The translations under genes were made by a program, and so were the position numbers. Positions 9,237 to 18,006 of a DNA stretch of 64,000 nucleotides are shown in pieces. Each line of letters begins with the position of its first letter. Position 1 is the first letter of the stretch. Source of the stretch: Gammaproteobacteria bacterium (GTDB taxonomy: Bacteria; Pseudomonadota; Gammaproteobacteria; Steroidobacterales; GCA-2729495); NCBI GenBank assembly GCA_041396045.1, contig JAWKZI010000010.1, forward strand, positions 36,221 to 100,220. Reading direction: 5' to 3'. The notes under the pieces are model-generated. The model was not told the DNA's origin. It made no database searches and saw only the letters and a program-made list of their open reading frames with translations.

Positions 9237-11660
9237 TCACAACCTGAACGTTGCCCGAGCATAAACGTATCTGCCATTCACGCCCACCGGCGACAGAATG
9301 TCATAGGGCAAATTGCCGAAATAATTGATATCAGGCGAGGATCGGTCGGGATAGTTGTCCAGCAGATTCGCCGCACCCACGTACAGTGCAAGTTGTTCAG
9401 TGAACCGGTAGCCAGCCTCGGCATCCACCTGAAACTCTGCACCATAGGTCTGGGACGGTTCGAATCCGCCGCCGAAGTTGAACACCCTGGTGGCACTTCC
9501 GTAGCGGGATATCCGCCCCTGAAGGTCCACATGGTTGCCCGTCCAGGTACCGCTCAGAACAACCTTGCTGTGCGGTGTGGCACTTTCGAGTGTGTTCAAC
9601 TCCTCGACACCGACCAGCCTGAGATCCGGATCGATGCTCGTCAGTTCCGGCGTTGATCCACGAACGTTCTGCACGTCCGTTTTCGAATAGTTGTAGCCAA
9701 GCGAAGTTTGCAACTCGCCGCCCAGCCATGGTCGTGCATAGCTGGCGACTACATCGACGCCACGGGTACGGGTATCGACGGCATTCGTGAAAAACCGCAC
9801 TGACTGGATGTCAGCACCACCGGGCTGAGCCTGGATGAAGGCCGTCAAAGGGTCGCTGAACAAACGCTCCGACAAGGTGATTCGGTCGTCCACCTCGATC
9901 TGAAAGAAATCCAGGCTGAGGCGAAGTCCGTCAAACTGTGCAACCAGTCCGCCACTCAGATTGAAGGACTTCTCTTCATCAAGATCCTGCGCACCCAGCG
10001 ATCGGGCAATGGAATTATTGACTGGTAGCGTTCGCGTGCGGATCAACATCCGATTATCGCCAAAGTTGAGTGTCGTATCGGCAAAGCCCAACTGGGCGAT
10101 ATTGGGGGCACGATAGCTGCTGGATACGGCAGCCCGCAGCGAGACCGCGTCACTCAGCTTGAACAGTCCGGCGAGCTTGCCGGTGACCGCAGCGCCGAAG
10201 TCGTCATAGTGCTCGAAACGACCAGCCACCTCGATGAACAGTCGCTCCGCAAGGTCAGTGCCCAGATTCGCATAAATACTGATCACTCCCCGGTCGATGG
10301 ACGCCTCGTCTTCCGGCGTCAGACCTGGTGCACCCTGTGCGCCGATATCACCATCAACGGGGCCCGCTATATAGGACTCCAGCTGGCCACGCCTGGTGGA
10401 GTAGCTTTCGGCGCGATATTCGGTGCCAAGGGCAACCTGCAGTGGTGCCCGCAACCACTGGACCGCAAAGTTCCGCGTGGCGTCAATACCCAGTATTGTT
10501 TGTGCATTGATATAGGTTCCGGACTTGAAGGACACAGGGCTGTCAGTGCCCAGCGAAGCATTGAGGGAATTCTTCACACCATACTCAAACTCGTCGCGCC
10601 CGTAGCTCGCGGCAGCATCCAGATCCCAGCCGGCAAGCGCTGCCCGTACCCCGATCGTGCCGGCATAGTCCTGATCCTGTGCTGCCGTCTCGGGGCGAAA
10701 CCCCGCAGCGTAAATGGCACTGACGTTGCTGGAGCTGTCCGGATAGCGAAAGAAGGCTGCACCGTCACTGCTGTCGCGGTCACTGAAGGTGCCGAAGGAA
10801 TACAGCTCGAGGTTGTCAAACGGCACCGAACCGTTGAACCACAAGTTCAGCTCATCGACATCCGGGTCGCCTTCAGCATAGTTGCGCTGGCCCTTGAGGG
10901 CGAGATTGGCGGCCGTCGGCGCTACGAAGAAGGGAATCTGGTCAAAACCGGCGCGATTTGTGCTGTTTCGTGTCCGGTAGGCGACGCCCGCCTTGAAAAA
11001 TCCGTCACCGGCCAACTGCCAACCGTACCTGGCATCCAGCGACACGGTCTGGCCGTCGCTGATATCCCGGTCTACCGGCTTCAGATCAGTCCGATGCGCA
11101 CCATAGGCGACGTTGGTTTCAAAGCCCGGCGATGAGTCCAGCACCAGGTTGATCACCCCGGCGATGGCGTCCGAGCCATAGACCGCACCGGCGCCATCCC
11201 TGAGAACCTCAATACGCTGAATGGCATTCAGCGGAATGGTATTGAAATCCACAGCAGCAGTACCGCGGCCAATCTTGGTTTCGGAATTGACGATTGCCGA
11301 GGTGTGTCGTCGCCGGCCGTTCACCAGCACCAGCATCTGATCCGGACTCATGCCACGGAGCTGCCCAGCCCGCACCAGATCCGAGGTCCCCGAGTTTGAC
11401 TGCCGCGGGAAGTTGAAGGACGGGGCCAGAACCGACAGAGCCTGACCCAGTTCGCTACCCACCGCACCGGCAGCCTGCAACTCACCGGCACCAAGCACGT
11501 CGACGGGCACGGGCGTATCCAGTTCCGTCCGTTCTCCGACCCGCGAGCCGATCACCACAATGTTTTGCAGCTCAGCAGCCGACGGACTGGACCTTGTCTG
11601 GCTGTGTGCCGGCACAATCGACAGCAGAAGGCCCAGTGCCAGCCAGAAGCCCGACTGCAT
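9237..11660 (-). CDS. TonB-dependent outer-membrane receptor
   Basis: Signal peptide MQSGFWLALGLLLSIVPAHSQ (start trimmed from 11753). Plug motifs NIVVIGSR, DTPVPVDVLGAGEL and IQRIEVLRDGAGAVYGSDAIAGVINLV, followed by a long strand-rich barrel. Confidence 0.9.
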   Translation of the reverse strand: MQSGFWLALGLLLSIVPAHSQTRSSPSAAELQNIVVIGSRVGERTELDTPVPVDVLGAGELQAAGAVGSELGQALSVLAPSFNFPRQSNSGTSDLVRAGQLRGMSPDQMLVLVNGRRRHTSAIVNSETKIGRGTAAVDFNTIPLNAIQRIEVLRDGAGAVYGSDAIAGVINLVLDSSPGFETNVAYGAHRTDLKPVDRDISDGQTVSLDARYGWQLAGDGFFKAGVAYRTRNSTNRAGFDQIPFFVAPTAANLALKGQRNYAEGDPDVDELNLWFNGSVPFDNLELYSFGTFSDRDSSDGAAFFRYPDSSSNVSAIYAAGFRPETAAQDQDYAGTIGVRAALAGWDLDAAASYGRDEFEYGVKNSLNASLGTDSPVSFKSGTYINAQTILGIDATRNFAVQWLRAPLQVALGTEYRAESYSTRRGQLESYIAGPVDGDIGAQGAPGLTPEDEASIDRGVISIYANLGTDLAERLFIEVAGRFEHYDDFGAAVTGKLAGLFKLSDAVSLRAAVSSSYRAPNIAQLGFADTTLNFGDNRMLIRTRTLPVNNSIARSLGAQDLDEEKSFNLSGGLVAQFDGLRLSLDFFQIEVDDRITLSERLFSDPLTAFIQAQPGGADIQSVRFFTNAVDTRTRGVDVVASYARPWLGGELQTSLGYNYSKTDVQNVRGSTPELTSIDPDLRLVGVEELNTLESATPHSKVVLSGTWTGNHVDLQGRISRYGSATRVFNFGGGFEPSQTYGAEFQVDAEAGYRFTEQLALYVGAANLLDNYPDRSSPDINYFGNLPYDILSPVGVNGRYVYARATFRL

Positions 11661-11816
11661 GCCCGGCCACATGAATGGCCGGCACCTGACTGGCCGTTGA
11701 TGCAGGAACATCACTGGAAGCCTCCCTCGGGGAACAGTGCAGAAGACCAGCAATGGACGTGATTTGTTACAGCGTGGTAAATATCCTCACATCAACCGTG
11801 TGCAGTCGCTGCCGGA

Positions 11817-12872
11817 TTAACGTGGTTGCGCCGCGTAAGGGTTGCCGCCCAAAGCCGCGGATATATCTGCAATTGCGTGCTGTGCACGTACGCTGTTGCC
11901 GGCAGCATCCAGTGGCGGGGAAATGACGGCAATGCCGAATTTACCAGGCGACACTGCGATGATGCCGCCACCAACGCCGCTCTTGCCCGGCAGCCCTGTG
12001 CGGTACAACCACTTGCCGGAGTCATCATAGAGGCCGGCGGTGGCCATGACGGCCAGCACCTTGGGCACGTATTCAACCTTGAGAACCTGCTTCCCGGTCA
12101 GCGGGTTTCGACCGCCGTTCGCCAGCGTCGCGGCCATCGTGGCCAGATCTTTCACGTTGACGCTGACCGAGCATTGCTCGGTATAGATATCAGTGGCCTG
12201 ATCCGGATTGTCCTTGATGTGACCATAGGCATACATCAGGCGACCGATCGCCTGGTTGCGCTGATTGGTGGCCGATTCGGACCGGAAGATCTCCTGATTC
12301 ACTGTTAGCGGACGCCCGGCGAAGTCACTGTAGTAGTTCACTATCTTGTCCCGGATCGCATCGCGCGTGGGACCTGACACCATGCTGGTGGCCGCGATGG
12401 CGCCGGGATTCACCAGCGCATTCATTTCCGCGCCGTGATACTGCTCCACCGCAACGATCGAGTTGAATACCTGACCGGTGGCGTCGACGCCCATATTGTT
12501 GGCTATCGCTTCAGGCCCCTGCTCTTCAATCACCTTCGCCATCGTGAAGACTTTGGAGATGGATTGAATTGAAACTTCGGATACGTCGTCACCTGCCGTA
12601 TATACCTTGCCGTCGGCAGTTACGAGCGCAATGCCATAGATCTTTGGATCCACCTTGGCCAGCGCCGGAATGTAATCGGCATTGGCGCCCTCCTTCAGAT
12701 CCTTGTAGCGCACGTAGGCTGCATCCAGTGCTGCGTTGATTTCGGCCTTCTTGAAGAGCGCAGCCGCTGATGCGCCACTTGCCAGCGCCAACAGGAAAGT
12801 AGCCGCAACGGCCCGGATCAGCAGTGCTCTACTCATGTGCCTGGTCATGTGCCTGGTCATGTGCCTGGTCAT
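11817..12872 (-). CDS. glsA: glutaminase A with N-terminal signal peptide
   Basis: YIPALAKVDPKIYGIALVTADGKVYTAGD, SIQSISKVFT and LPGKSGVGGGIIAV are glutaminase signatures. Four in-frame ATGs (12872, 12860, 12848, 12836) come from a 12-bp tandem repeat, so the true start is uncertain. Confidence 0.9.
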   Translation of the reverse strand: MTRHMTRHMTRHMSRALLIRAVAATFLLALASGASAAALFKKAEINAALDAAYVRYKDLKEGANADYIPALAKVDPKIYGIALVTADGKVYTAGDDVSEVSIQSISKVFTMAKVIEEQGPEAIANNMGVDATGQVFNSIVAVEQYHGAEMNALVNPGAIAATSMVSGPTRDAIRDKIVNYYSDFAGRPLTVNQEIFRSESATNQRNQAIGRLMYAYGHIKDNPDQATDIYTEQCSVSVNVKDLATMAATLANGGRNPLTGKQVLKVEYVPKVLAVMATAGLYDDSGKWLYRTGLPGKSGVGGGIIAVSPGKFGIAVISPPLDAAGNSVRAQHAIADISAALGGNPYAAQPR

Positions 12873-12900
12873 GTCTCTGGCTCCTCTGGTTCCTCTGGTT
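12834..12900. repeat. compound tandem repeat: (CATGTGCCTGGT)x3 plus a degenerate 4th copy, then (TCCTCTGGT)x2
   Basis: Read directly: 12834-12845, 12846-12857 and 12858-12869 are identical. 12870-12881 is degenerate. 12882-12890 and 12891-12899 are identical. The repeat spans the glsA start (MTRHMTRHMTRHMSR) and the upstream gene's C-terminus (EPEEPEEPET). Confidence 0.95.
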
Positions 12901-13534
12901 CGGAACCGGCGCCAAAGTCGGTGGCGACCGGCTGAAAGGCTTTGGTGTTAATTGCAACATAGCGGATGTCGAGAATTTCCAGCTCCCGCTCACCGCCTGG
13001 CACTCGCAATGGAATCACATCGCCGACCCTGGATTTCATCAACGCTCTGGCGAGCGGCGCCACCCAACTGATGTGCTGCTGCTCCAGATCGATCTCATCC
13101 ACACCAACGATGGTGACGGTGTTCTCTGTGGCACCGCCCTGCGCGGGATCGGACTCCAGGTAGCGAACCGTCGCGCCAAAAAATACCCGATTGGCCTGCG
13201 CCGGGTCCAGGGGCCGCTGCGGATCTACAACTTCCGCGCTGTCAATGCGCCGGCTAAGAAAGCGGATACGCCGGTCGATTTCCCGCAGACGTCGCTTGCC
13301 ATACTGGTAGTCGGCATTCTCGCTGCGGTCGCCATTGCGGGCCGCCCAGGACACCACTGCGGTAACTTTCGGTCGCTCTTTGGTGTGGAGAAACTTCAGC
13401 TCGTCCTTGAGGCGTTGAAGCCCGTCGGGGCTGATGTAGTTGCGTGCACCGGCAGGCAGCGGATTGGCCAACTGGGTATCCAGTTCGTCATCTGCATCGT
13501 CGCCGTCAGACTCGCGTGTAAAAGCCTTGTTCAC
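12869..13534 (-). CDS. GreA/GreB-family transcription elongation factor (GreB-like, extended termini)
   Basis: 221 aa. Contains GLQRLKDELKFL...RPKVTAVVSWAARNGDRSENADYQYGKRRLREIDRRIRFL (coiled-coil finger) and a C-terminal FKBP-like domain. Its stop overlaps the glsA ATG. Confidence 0.8.
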   Translation of the reverse strand: MNKAFTRESDGDDADDELDTQLANPLPAGARNYISPDGLQRLKDELKFLHTKERPKVTAVVSWAARNGDRSENADYQYGKRRLREIDRRIRFLSRRIDSAEVVDPQRPLDPAQANRVFFGATVRYLESDPAQGGATENTVTIVGVDEIDLEQQHISWVAPLARALMKSRVGDVIPLRVPGGERELEILDIRYVAINTKAFQPVATDFGAGSEPEEPEEPET

Positions 13535-13547
13535 GATATGCTGCCGA

Positions 13548-14609
13548 TCACCTCAAGCGAGGCATGACCTGCTCGGCAAACAGCCGCGTCTGGCCAACCA
13601 GCGCTTCCTGTCGTGCACCGTGCGGCGTGGCGACCGGCGAACCACCCAGAATGTAGACATGATCCAGGCCCAGTTCGATCAGCGCGGCCAGACGCTCCAG
13701 ACATTTGGCTGGTGGGCCGCAAATCGAAAACCAGTCAACGAACTCATCGCTGACCAGTTCGAGATGCGTACCATCACCACGGGCGTGACGGGCCATGTCG
13801 TAGCCGGACTTCATCTGCACGGCCAGGGATTTCAATTGCGGAGGCAGGTGCCCTGTCGGCGAATGTTTCATGCCGGCAAAGTGCGCCACCATGCCGGAAA
13901 TCATGCGACCCAGATCGATTGCCCGCTGCTCGTCCGGATCGCAAACCAGATTGATATAGGCACCAACCCTGAGCGTATTTCGATCGCGGCCGTTTTCTGC
14001 AAGCCGCTCATTCAGCACGGCCAACGCCCATTGAATGCGCTCGGGCGCACTGCCCACCGCAAAGCTCACCCGATCTGCCACGTCGGCAGCCATGCGAATG
14101 GTTGCCGGGCCGGTACAGGCGAGATCCAGTGGCACAGTGGGCAGGCTTCCGGATTCCAGCCAACGCATCTGTGAGCGCTGATCGCCGCGCATCACCGGTT
14201 GACCCTGCAGATAGAGACGTACCTGCTGCATATAAGTACGCAGTTCCGCCGTCGTCGCATTTCTGCGGCCAATATGGGCAGCAGAAGAGTCACCGCGACC
14301 AATGCCACAGCGCGCCCGGCCACCGGACTCGAGCTGCAGGGTGGCCGTGGCGCCAGCCGTTACCGATGCGTCACGCGTCACGGGGTTGGTAACGCCGGTG
14401 GACAGAAAAAGTCGCCGCGTGCGGCTGGCGGCCAGACTGAGCTGGCCATACGGGTCCGGACTCAGGCATTGCGTATCCGGGCATAGCAACGCGTCAAAGC
14501 CCAGAGCCTCGATCTCGGCAGCCAGCCGCGCGGTGTAGCCTGGCGACGGCTCCATGACAATGCCAAATTCGGGTCCGGTCATTTCTGCAGGGTGCCACAG
14601 ATAAGCCAA
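13548..14609 (-). CDS. LLM-class (luciferase-like) flavin/F420-dependent oxidoreductase
   Basis: 353 aa with a TIM-barrel LLM pattern (FGIVMEP...AEIEALGFDALLCPD...GRGDSSAAHIGRR). Alternative start at 14582. Confidence 0.75.
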   Translation of the reverse strand: MAYLWHPAEMTGPEFGIVMEPSPGYTARLAAEIEALGFDALLCPDTQCLSPDPYGQLSLAASRTRRLFLSTGVTNPVTRDASVTAGATATLQLESGGRARCGIGRGDSSAAHIGRRNATTAELRTYMQQVRLYLQGQPVMRGDQRSQMRWLESGSLPTVPLDLACTGPATIRMAADVADRVSFAVGSAPERIQWALAVLNERLAENGRDRNTLRVGAYINLVCDPDEQRAIDLGRMISGMVAHFAGMKHSPTGHLPPQLKSLAVQMKSGYDMARHARGDGTHLELVSDEFVDWFSICGPPAKCLERLAALIELGLDHVYILGGSPVATPHGARQEALVGQTRLFAEQVMPRLR

Positions 14610-14687
14610 GGGGTGGACGCGGCTGGCAAATTGCGGCGGCCCGGCATGTCTCAGGGTAGGCTATTCATCTGACTCAGGGAGCCCACC

Positions 14688-15521
14688 ATGAAAAAAGAAG
14701 CGAAGATCCGCCCGTTCTGGTATTCGGACGTCTGGCTGTTCCCGAAGCTGATCACGATTATCACTACCCTGGACAAGCAGGGCCGGATCAATGCCGCGCC
14801 CTACTCGCACATCATGCAATACGACGTGATGGCGAAGAATCCACGGATGATCGTTGGCTTTCGTCAGGAATCACATACCTTCCAGAACATCTGTGAGACG
14901 AAGGAATTCGTCGTCAACTGCCCGACGGCCGACTATCTGGACGACATGATGGAGACCGCGCGTTTTTATCCGGAAGGCGTCAACGAGCTGTCCCACACCC
15001 GGTTCACGATGATTCCGTCGATTCATGTGAAACCGCCGACCATTGAAGAGTGCCCCCAGATTGCCGAGTGCGTGGCAGATGAGATTGTGCGGCTCGACAA
15101 GAGCAGCGGCATTGTCATTGCGAAAATCAAGGCGCTGGTCTTTGACGAAGAATTGATCGAGATGGGTCGCGAGGATCGTATCCGGAAGATGAACCTGCCG
15201 ATCGGCCTCGGCGACGAAAACCGGCAGGACTACTTCCACACCACCATTGGCCATATGTCGATGCATCAACTCGGCGAAACACCGGATGGCTTCAAGGGCG
15301 GCGAAGTAAAGCTGTCGATGGCCTGGGACGCCGACGCGTTGCAGTCGCTGATGACGATTCCACCCATGATTCGCAAGATGGTGACCGACCAGACCGAAGA
15401 CTACTGCCGTTCGAAAGGCGACGACAAGGTCAGCCACTCGCGCTTCAAGGCCTATGCCGAGGAACAGGGCATGACACCGGAACTGATGGAGCGCTTTCAG
15501 AAAAAGAAGAAGGCCGGCTGA
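14688..15521 (+). CDS. flavin-reductase-like domain protein with C-terminal PCP_red-like domain
   Basis: The N-terminus LITIITTLDKQGRINAAPYSHIM...FVVNCPT fits the flavin-reductase split barrel. The C-terminus WDADALQSLMTIPPMIRKMVTDQTEDYCRSKG resembles the PCP_red domain of BchB/ChlB. Codon usage is visibly A/T-richer than in the neighbours. Confidence 0.7.
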   Translation: MKKEAKIRPFWYSDVWLFPKLITIITTLDKQGRINAAPYSHIMQYDVMAKNPRMIVGFRQESHTFQNICETKEFVVNCPTADYLDDMMETARFYPEGVNELSHTRFTMIPSIHVKPPTIEECPQIAECVADEIVRLDKSSGIVIAKIKALVFDEELIEMGREDRIRKMNLPIGLGDENRQDYFHTTIGHMSMHQLGETPDGFKGGEVKLSMAWDADALQSLMTIPPMIRKMVTDQTEDYCRSKGDDKVSHSRFKAYAEEQGMTPELMERFQKKKKAG

Positions 15522-15540
15522 CACTCCCAGGCACGTACCG

Positions 15541-16422
15541 GTGTTCAACTGGTTCCGCAGAAATACCCGGAACGAGGCTTTCGTTGACAGCCCGATGCGG
15601 GACAACTGGTATCAGGCCAGCTCCTACTATGTGTCCTCATTTGCGCTGATTACCAGCGTCAACGAAGCCGGCGTCACCAGCATCGGGCCCTACCAGCTCA
15701 CGATGCCCTTTGAAGTGATCAACGACCGGTCATTCATGGTGATCAGCCGTCCGACCTCCAATACCGTTGCCAATGTGCGGCGCACCAAACAGTGCGCGCT
15801 GAATTTTGTGGAGTTCGACCGCAAGCAGATCAAAACCATCCTGGACTTTGGCTATCCGGGCCAGACTCCGGAAGAAAAGATGAAGGACAGTTGCTTCACG
15901 CTGGTAGACAGCCCGACGCCAGGACGGCAATCAAGCGAAACCCTCCCGAAGATCATCAAGGAAGCCTTCCAGGTTTACGAATGCACCTGGGAAGAGGATC
16001 GCGAATTCGAGACATTCCTCAAGAGGTCGACGTCTGCCCACCTCGTGCTGCGAATCGAAAATATCCTCCTCAAGGAAAGCTGGAAAAAAAACCTCGAAAA
16101 CGGCGGCAAACGAATGCCGCGCATGCCCATCACCTATGGTTTCCGCGGGGGCTCCAAATTCTGGTTTGCCGAACCGAAACCGGCTTACTGGCTGCCCATC
16201 CCGACCAACAAGGGACCGAAATACGAAGTTGTCCACTACGAAGCCAACCGGATCGATGACGAGATCAAGTTCACTCTGGAGGCCAGCAAGGAACTCACGG
16301 GAATCCCCAAACCGTTTCTGCGCACTGCACTCAAGGGAATCGTAAAGGTAGCAAGGGAGCGGGGCGTCACGCTCATCGACAAGGACTTTGTCCTTAAGTT
16401 GAATGAAGAGCGCGATCAATGA
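15541..16422 (+). CDS. flavin-reductase-like domain protein with C-terminal PCP_red-like domain (paralog of the preceding gene)
   Basis: FALITSVNEAGVTSIGPYQLTMPF...ALNFVEF (split barrel), with C-terminus FTLEASKELTGIPKPFLRTALKGIVKVARERG. GTG start at 15541 or ATG at 15595. Confidence 0.65.
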   Translation: MFNWFRRNTRNEAFVDSPMRDNWYQASSYYVSSFALITSVNEAGVTSIGPYQLTMPFEVINDRSFMVISRPTSNTVANVRRTKQCALNFVEFDRKQIKTILDFGYPGQTPEEKMKDSCFTLVDSPTPGRQSSETLPKIIKEAFQVYECTWEEDREFETFLKRSTSAHLVLRIENILLKESWKKNLENGGKRMPRMPITYGFRGGSKFWFAEPKPAYWLPIPTNKGPKYEVVHYEANRIDDEIKFTLEASKELTGIPKPFLRTALKGIVKVARERGVTLIDKDFVLKLNEERDQ

Positions 16423-16618
16423 ACAGCGCGCATCACCCACACTGAGGCCCAGATCACGGTTCATCAACCGTGGCGCTGACACCATTGGCCAGCCGGTGGG
16501 GACCGGCAATAGTTGACCGGTATCTGCAGCCTGGCGGCGTGATCGTTGGCCAGCAGCCGGCATGCTTCAGGGCGCCCTCGCACGGGTGTAGAGGGAAATC
16601 AGTGAAAAAGGCTGACGA

Positions 16619-17596
16619 ATGGCGTTCGTAGTTATGTCAACGGGGTCCGCGACCCACCCTCGACTGCACACAGTCGGTTCAGGAACGCTGGTGGTCGCCG
16701 GTTGCGCAATGACCCTGATGGCTCTGGCTGGCGGCATTGCACTGGGCTTGCACTGGCGTGGCGGCGTCACGCCTGGCCCGAATCAGACCACTGTTGCTGC
16801 TGATCACTCTGGTGGCGCACTGGACGACTTCAAACAGCGCCCGGGCAACAGCGCTCTGGTAGATCGCGTCGGGGCATTGGCCGGACGACTGATTCGCCTG
16901 GAGAGCGAGGCCGTGCGCCTGGCAAAGCGCATGGGTGTCGCACCCGCAGAACCAGTTTCATTCAAGACCGTGTCCGGCACAGAATCGAGCCCGGCTAACG
17001 AACCCAGTGGTGGCCCCTTGTTGGCGCCCACGGATATGACCATGGAAACGGTCATGGAGACGGCCCCAATCGCACCGGCAGACCCGCCTGATTTCAATAC
17101 CAGCCTCCAGCGCCTGTCACACGCCATGGACCTCCTGGAGATCCGTCTGGCTGTGGTCGCGGACGCCTCGACAGCCGCGGACCTGAACGACATGGCATAC
17201 CCCAGCCGTCGTCCGAGTCCTGGTGCTGACGTCACCTCCGGATTCGGCAACCGCCGCGATCCGTTCACCGGACGTCTCGCCCGGCATTCCGGCTACGATC
17301 TTCGCGCCCCGTACGGCGCGCCAATTCTGGCCAGCGCTGGCGGTCGTGTGCGCTATGCCGGCTACCGCGGTGCCTACGGTCGAATGGTGGAAATTGATCA
17401 CGGCAATGGCCTGGTCACACGCTATGGCCATGCATCAAAAGTGCTGGTGAAGCGCAACGACATCGTCTTGCCCGGCCAGCCGATCGCCCTGGTGGGCTCT
17501 ACCGGGAGATCCACCGGCCCCCACGTACATTTTGAAGTCCGGCAGGATGGCAAACCGGTTTCGCCGGGCATCTACCTGGCACGCAATGGCAGCTGA
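16619..17596 (+). CDS. M23 (LytM-type) metallopeptidase with N-terminal membrane anchor
   Basis: HSGYDLRAPYGAPILASAGGRV, IDHGNGLVTRYGH and GSTGRSTGPHVHFEV are M23 zinc-site motifs. Confidence 0.9.
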   Translation: MAFVVMSTGSATHPRLHTVGSGTLVVAGCAMTLMALAGGIALGLHWRGGVTPGPNQTTVAADHSGGALDDFKQRPGNSALVDRVGALAGRLIRLESEAVRLAKRMGVAPAEPVSFKTVSGTESSPANEPSGGPLLAPTDMTMETVMETAPIAPADPPDFNTSLQRLSHAMDLLEIRLAVVADASTAADLNDMAYPSRRPSPGADVTSGFGNRRDPFTGRLARHSGYDLRAPYGAPILASAGGRVRYAGYRGAYGRMVEIDHGNGLVTRYGHASKVLVKRNDIVLPGQPIALVGSTGRSTGPHVHFEVRQDGKPVSPGIYLARNGS

Positions 17597-17999
17597 GTTG
17601 CCCCGCAGCATGAGAAATTTTGGCGCCAACAGCACCCACTGGCTCAGCCGGGCAACCTTCGAGCCGAAGGCCGGGTACGGACGACGCAAACAACTGGTTC
17701 TGCCCTTGCTGCTAATTGTGGCGGCAATGCTGACCGTATCCGTCCGCAGTGGCTATGTGCATCTGCCATTCATGACTCCGTCGCGACTGATGGAAGCAGA
17801 GCAAGCCAATACCGGGCTTATCAAGGAAATTGAACATACCCGAACCGAACTTGCTGTCGAGCGGGCAACCCGCGCCGAACTGCAGCGGCAGGCGGATGAC
17901 CTGAGCGGTCAGGTAAACCGACTGACACAACAACTCGAGTTCTTGAGTTCGCGAGGCGCGCGTAACAGATCCAGCACCATGAAAAGCCCGGAGGAGTAG
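17586..17999 (+). CDS. single-pass membrane coiled-coil protein, unknown function
   Basis: Contains a TM segment (LVLPLLLIVAAMLTVSV) followed by a heptad-rich stretch IKEIEHTRTELAVERATRAELQRQADDLSGQVNRLTQQLEFL. Start uncertain (17586 or 17610); overlaps the M23 stop. Confidence 0.55.
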   Translation: MAAELPRSMRNFGANSTHWLSRATFEPKAGYGRRKQLVLPLLLIVAAMLTVSVRSGYVHLPFMTPSRLMEAEQANTGLIKEIEHTRTELAVERATRAELQRQADDLSGQVNRLTQQLEFLSSRGARNRSSTMKSPEE

Positions 18000-18006
18000 C
18001 AGCAGG

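Noticed and set aside
10209-11135. 308-aa ORF antisense to the TonB-dependent receptor
   Set aside because: High-GC shadow ORF. The receptor frame has plug and barrel motifs.
11661-11816. Possible cobalamin riboswitch upstream of the TonB-dependent receptor
   Set aside because: Only loose resemblances were seen on the minus strand: AGTCAGG..TGCCGGCC versus the B12 box, and CACGCTGTAA / CACTGTTCCCCGAGGGAGG segments. The conserved GGGAA and GGTG-AAATCC core is not evident. It would need cmscan with RF00174 to settle, so it is not reported as a feature.
14610-14687. Sigma-54-like TGGCAAATTGC in the LLM / flavin-reductase divergent spacer
   Set aside because: The GG-to-GC spacing is wrong for a -24/-12 promoter.
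15931-16563. 210-aa ORF antisense to the second flavin-reductase-like gene
   Set aside because: No family features. It overlaps a gene whose paralog relationship to its neighbour supports the plus-strand frame.
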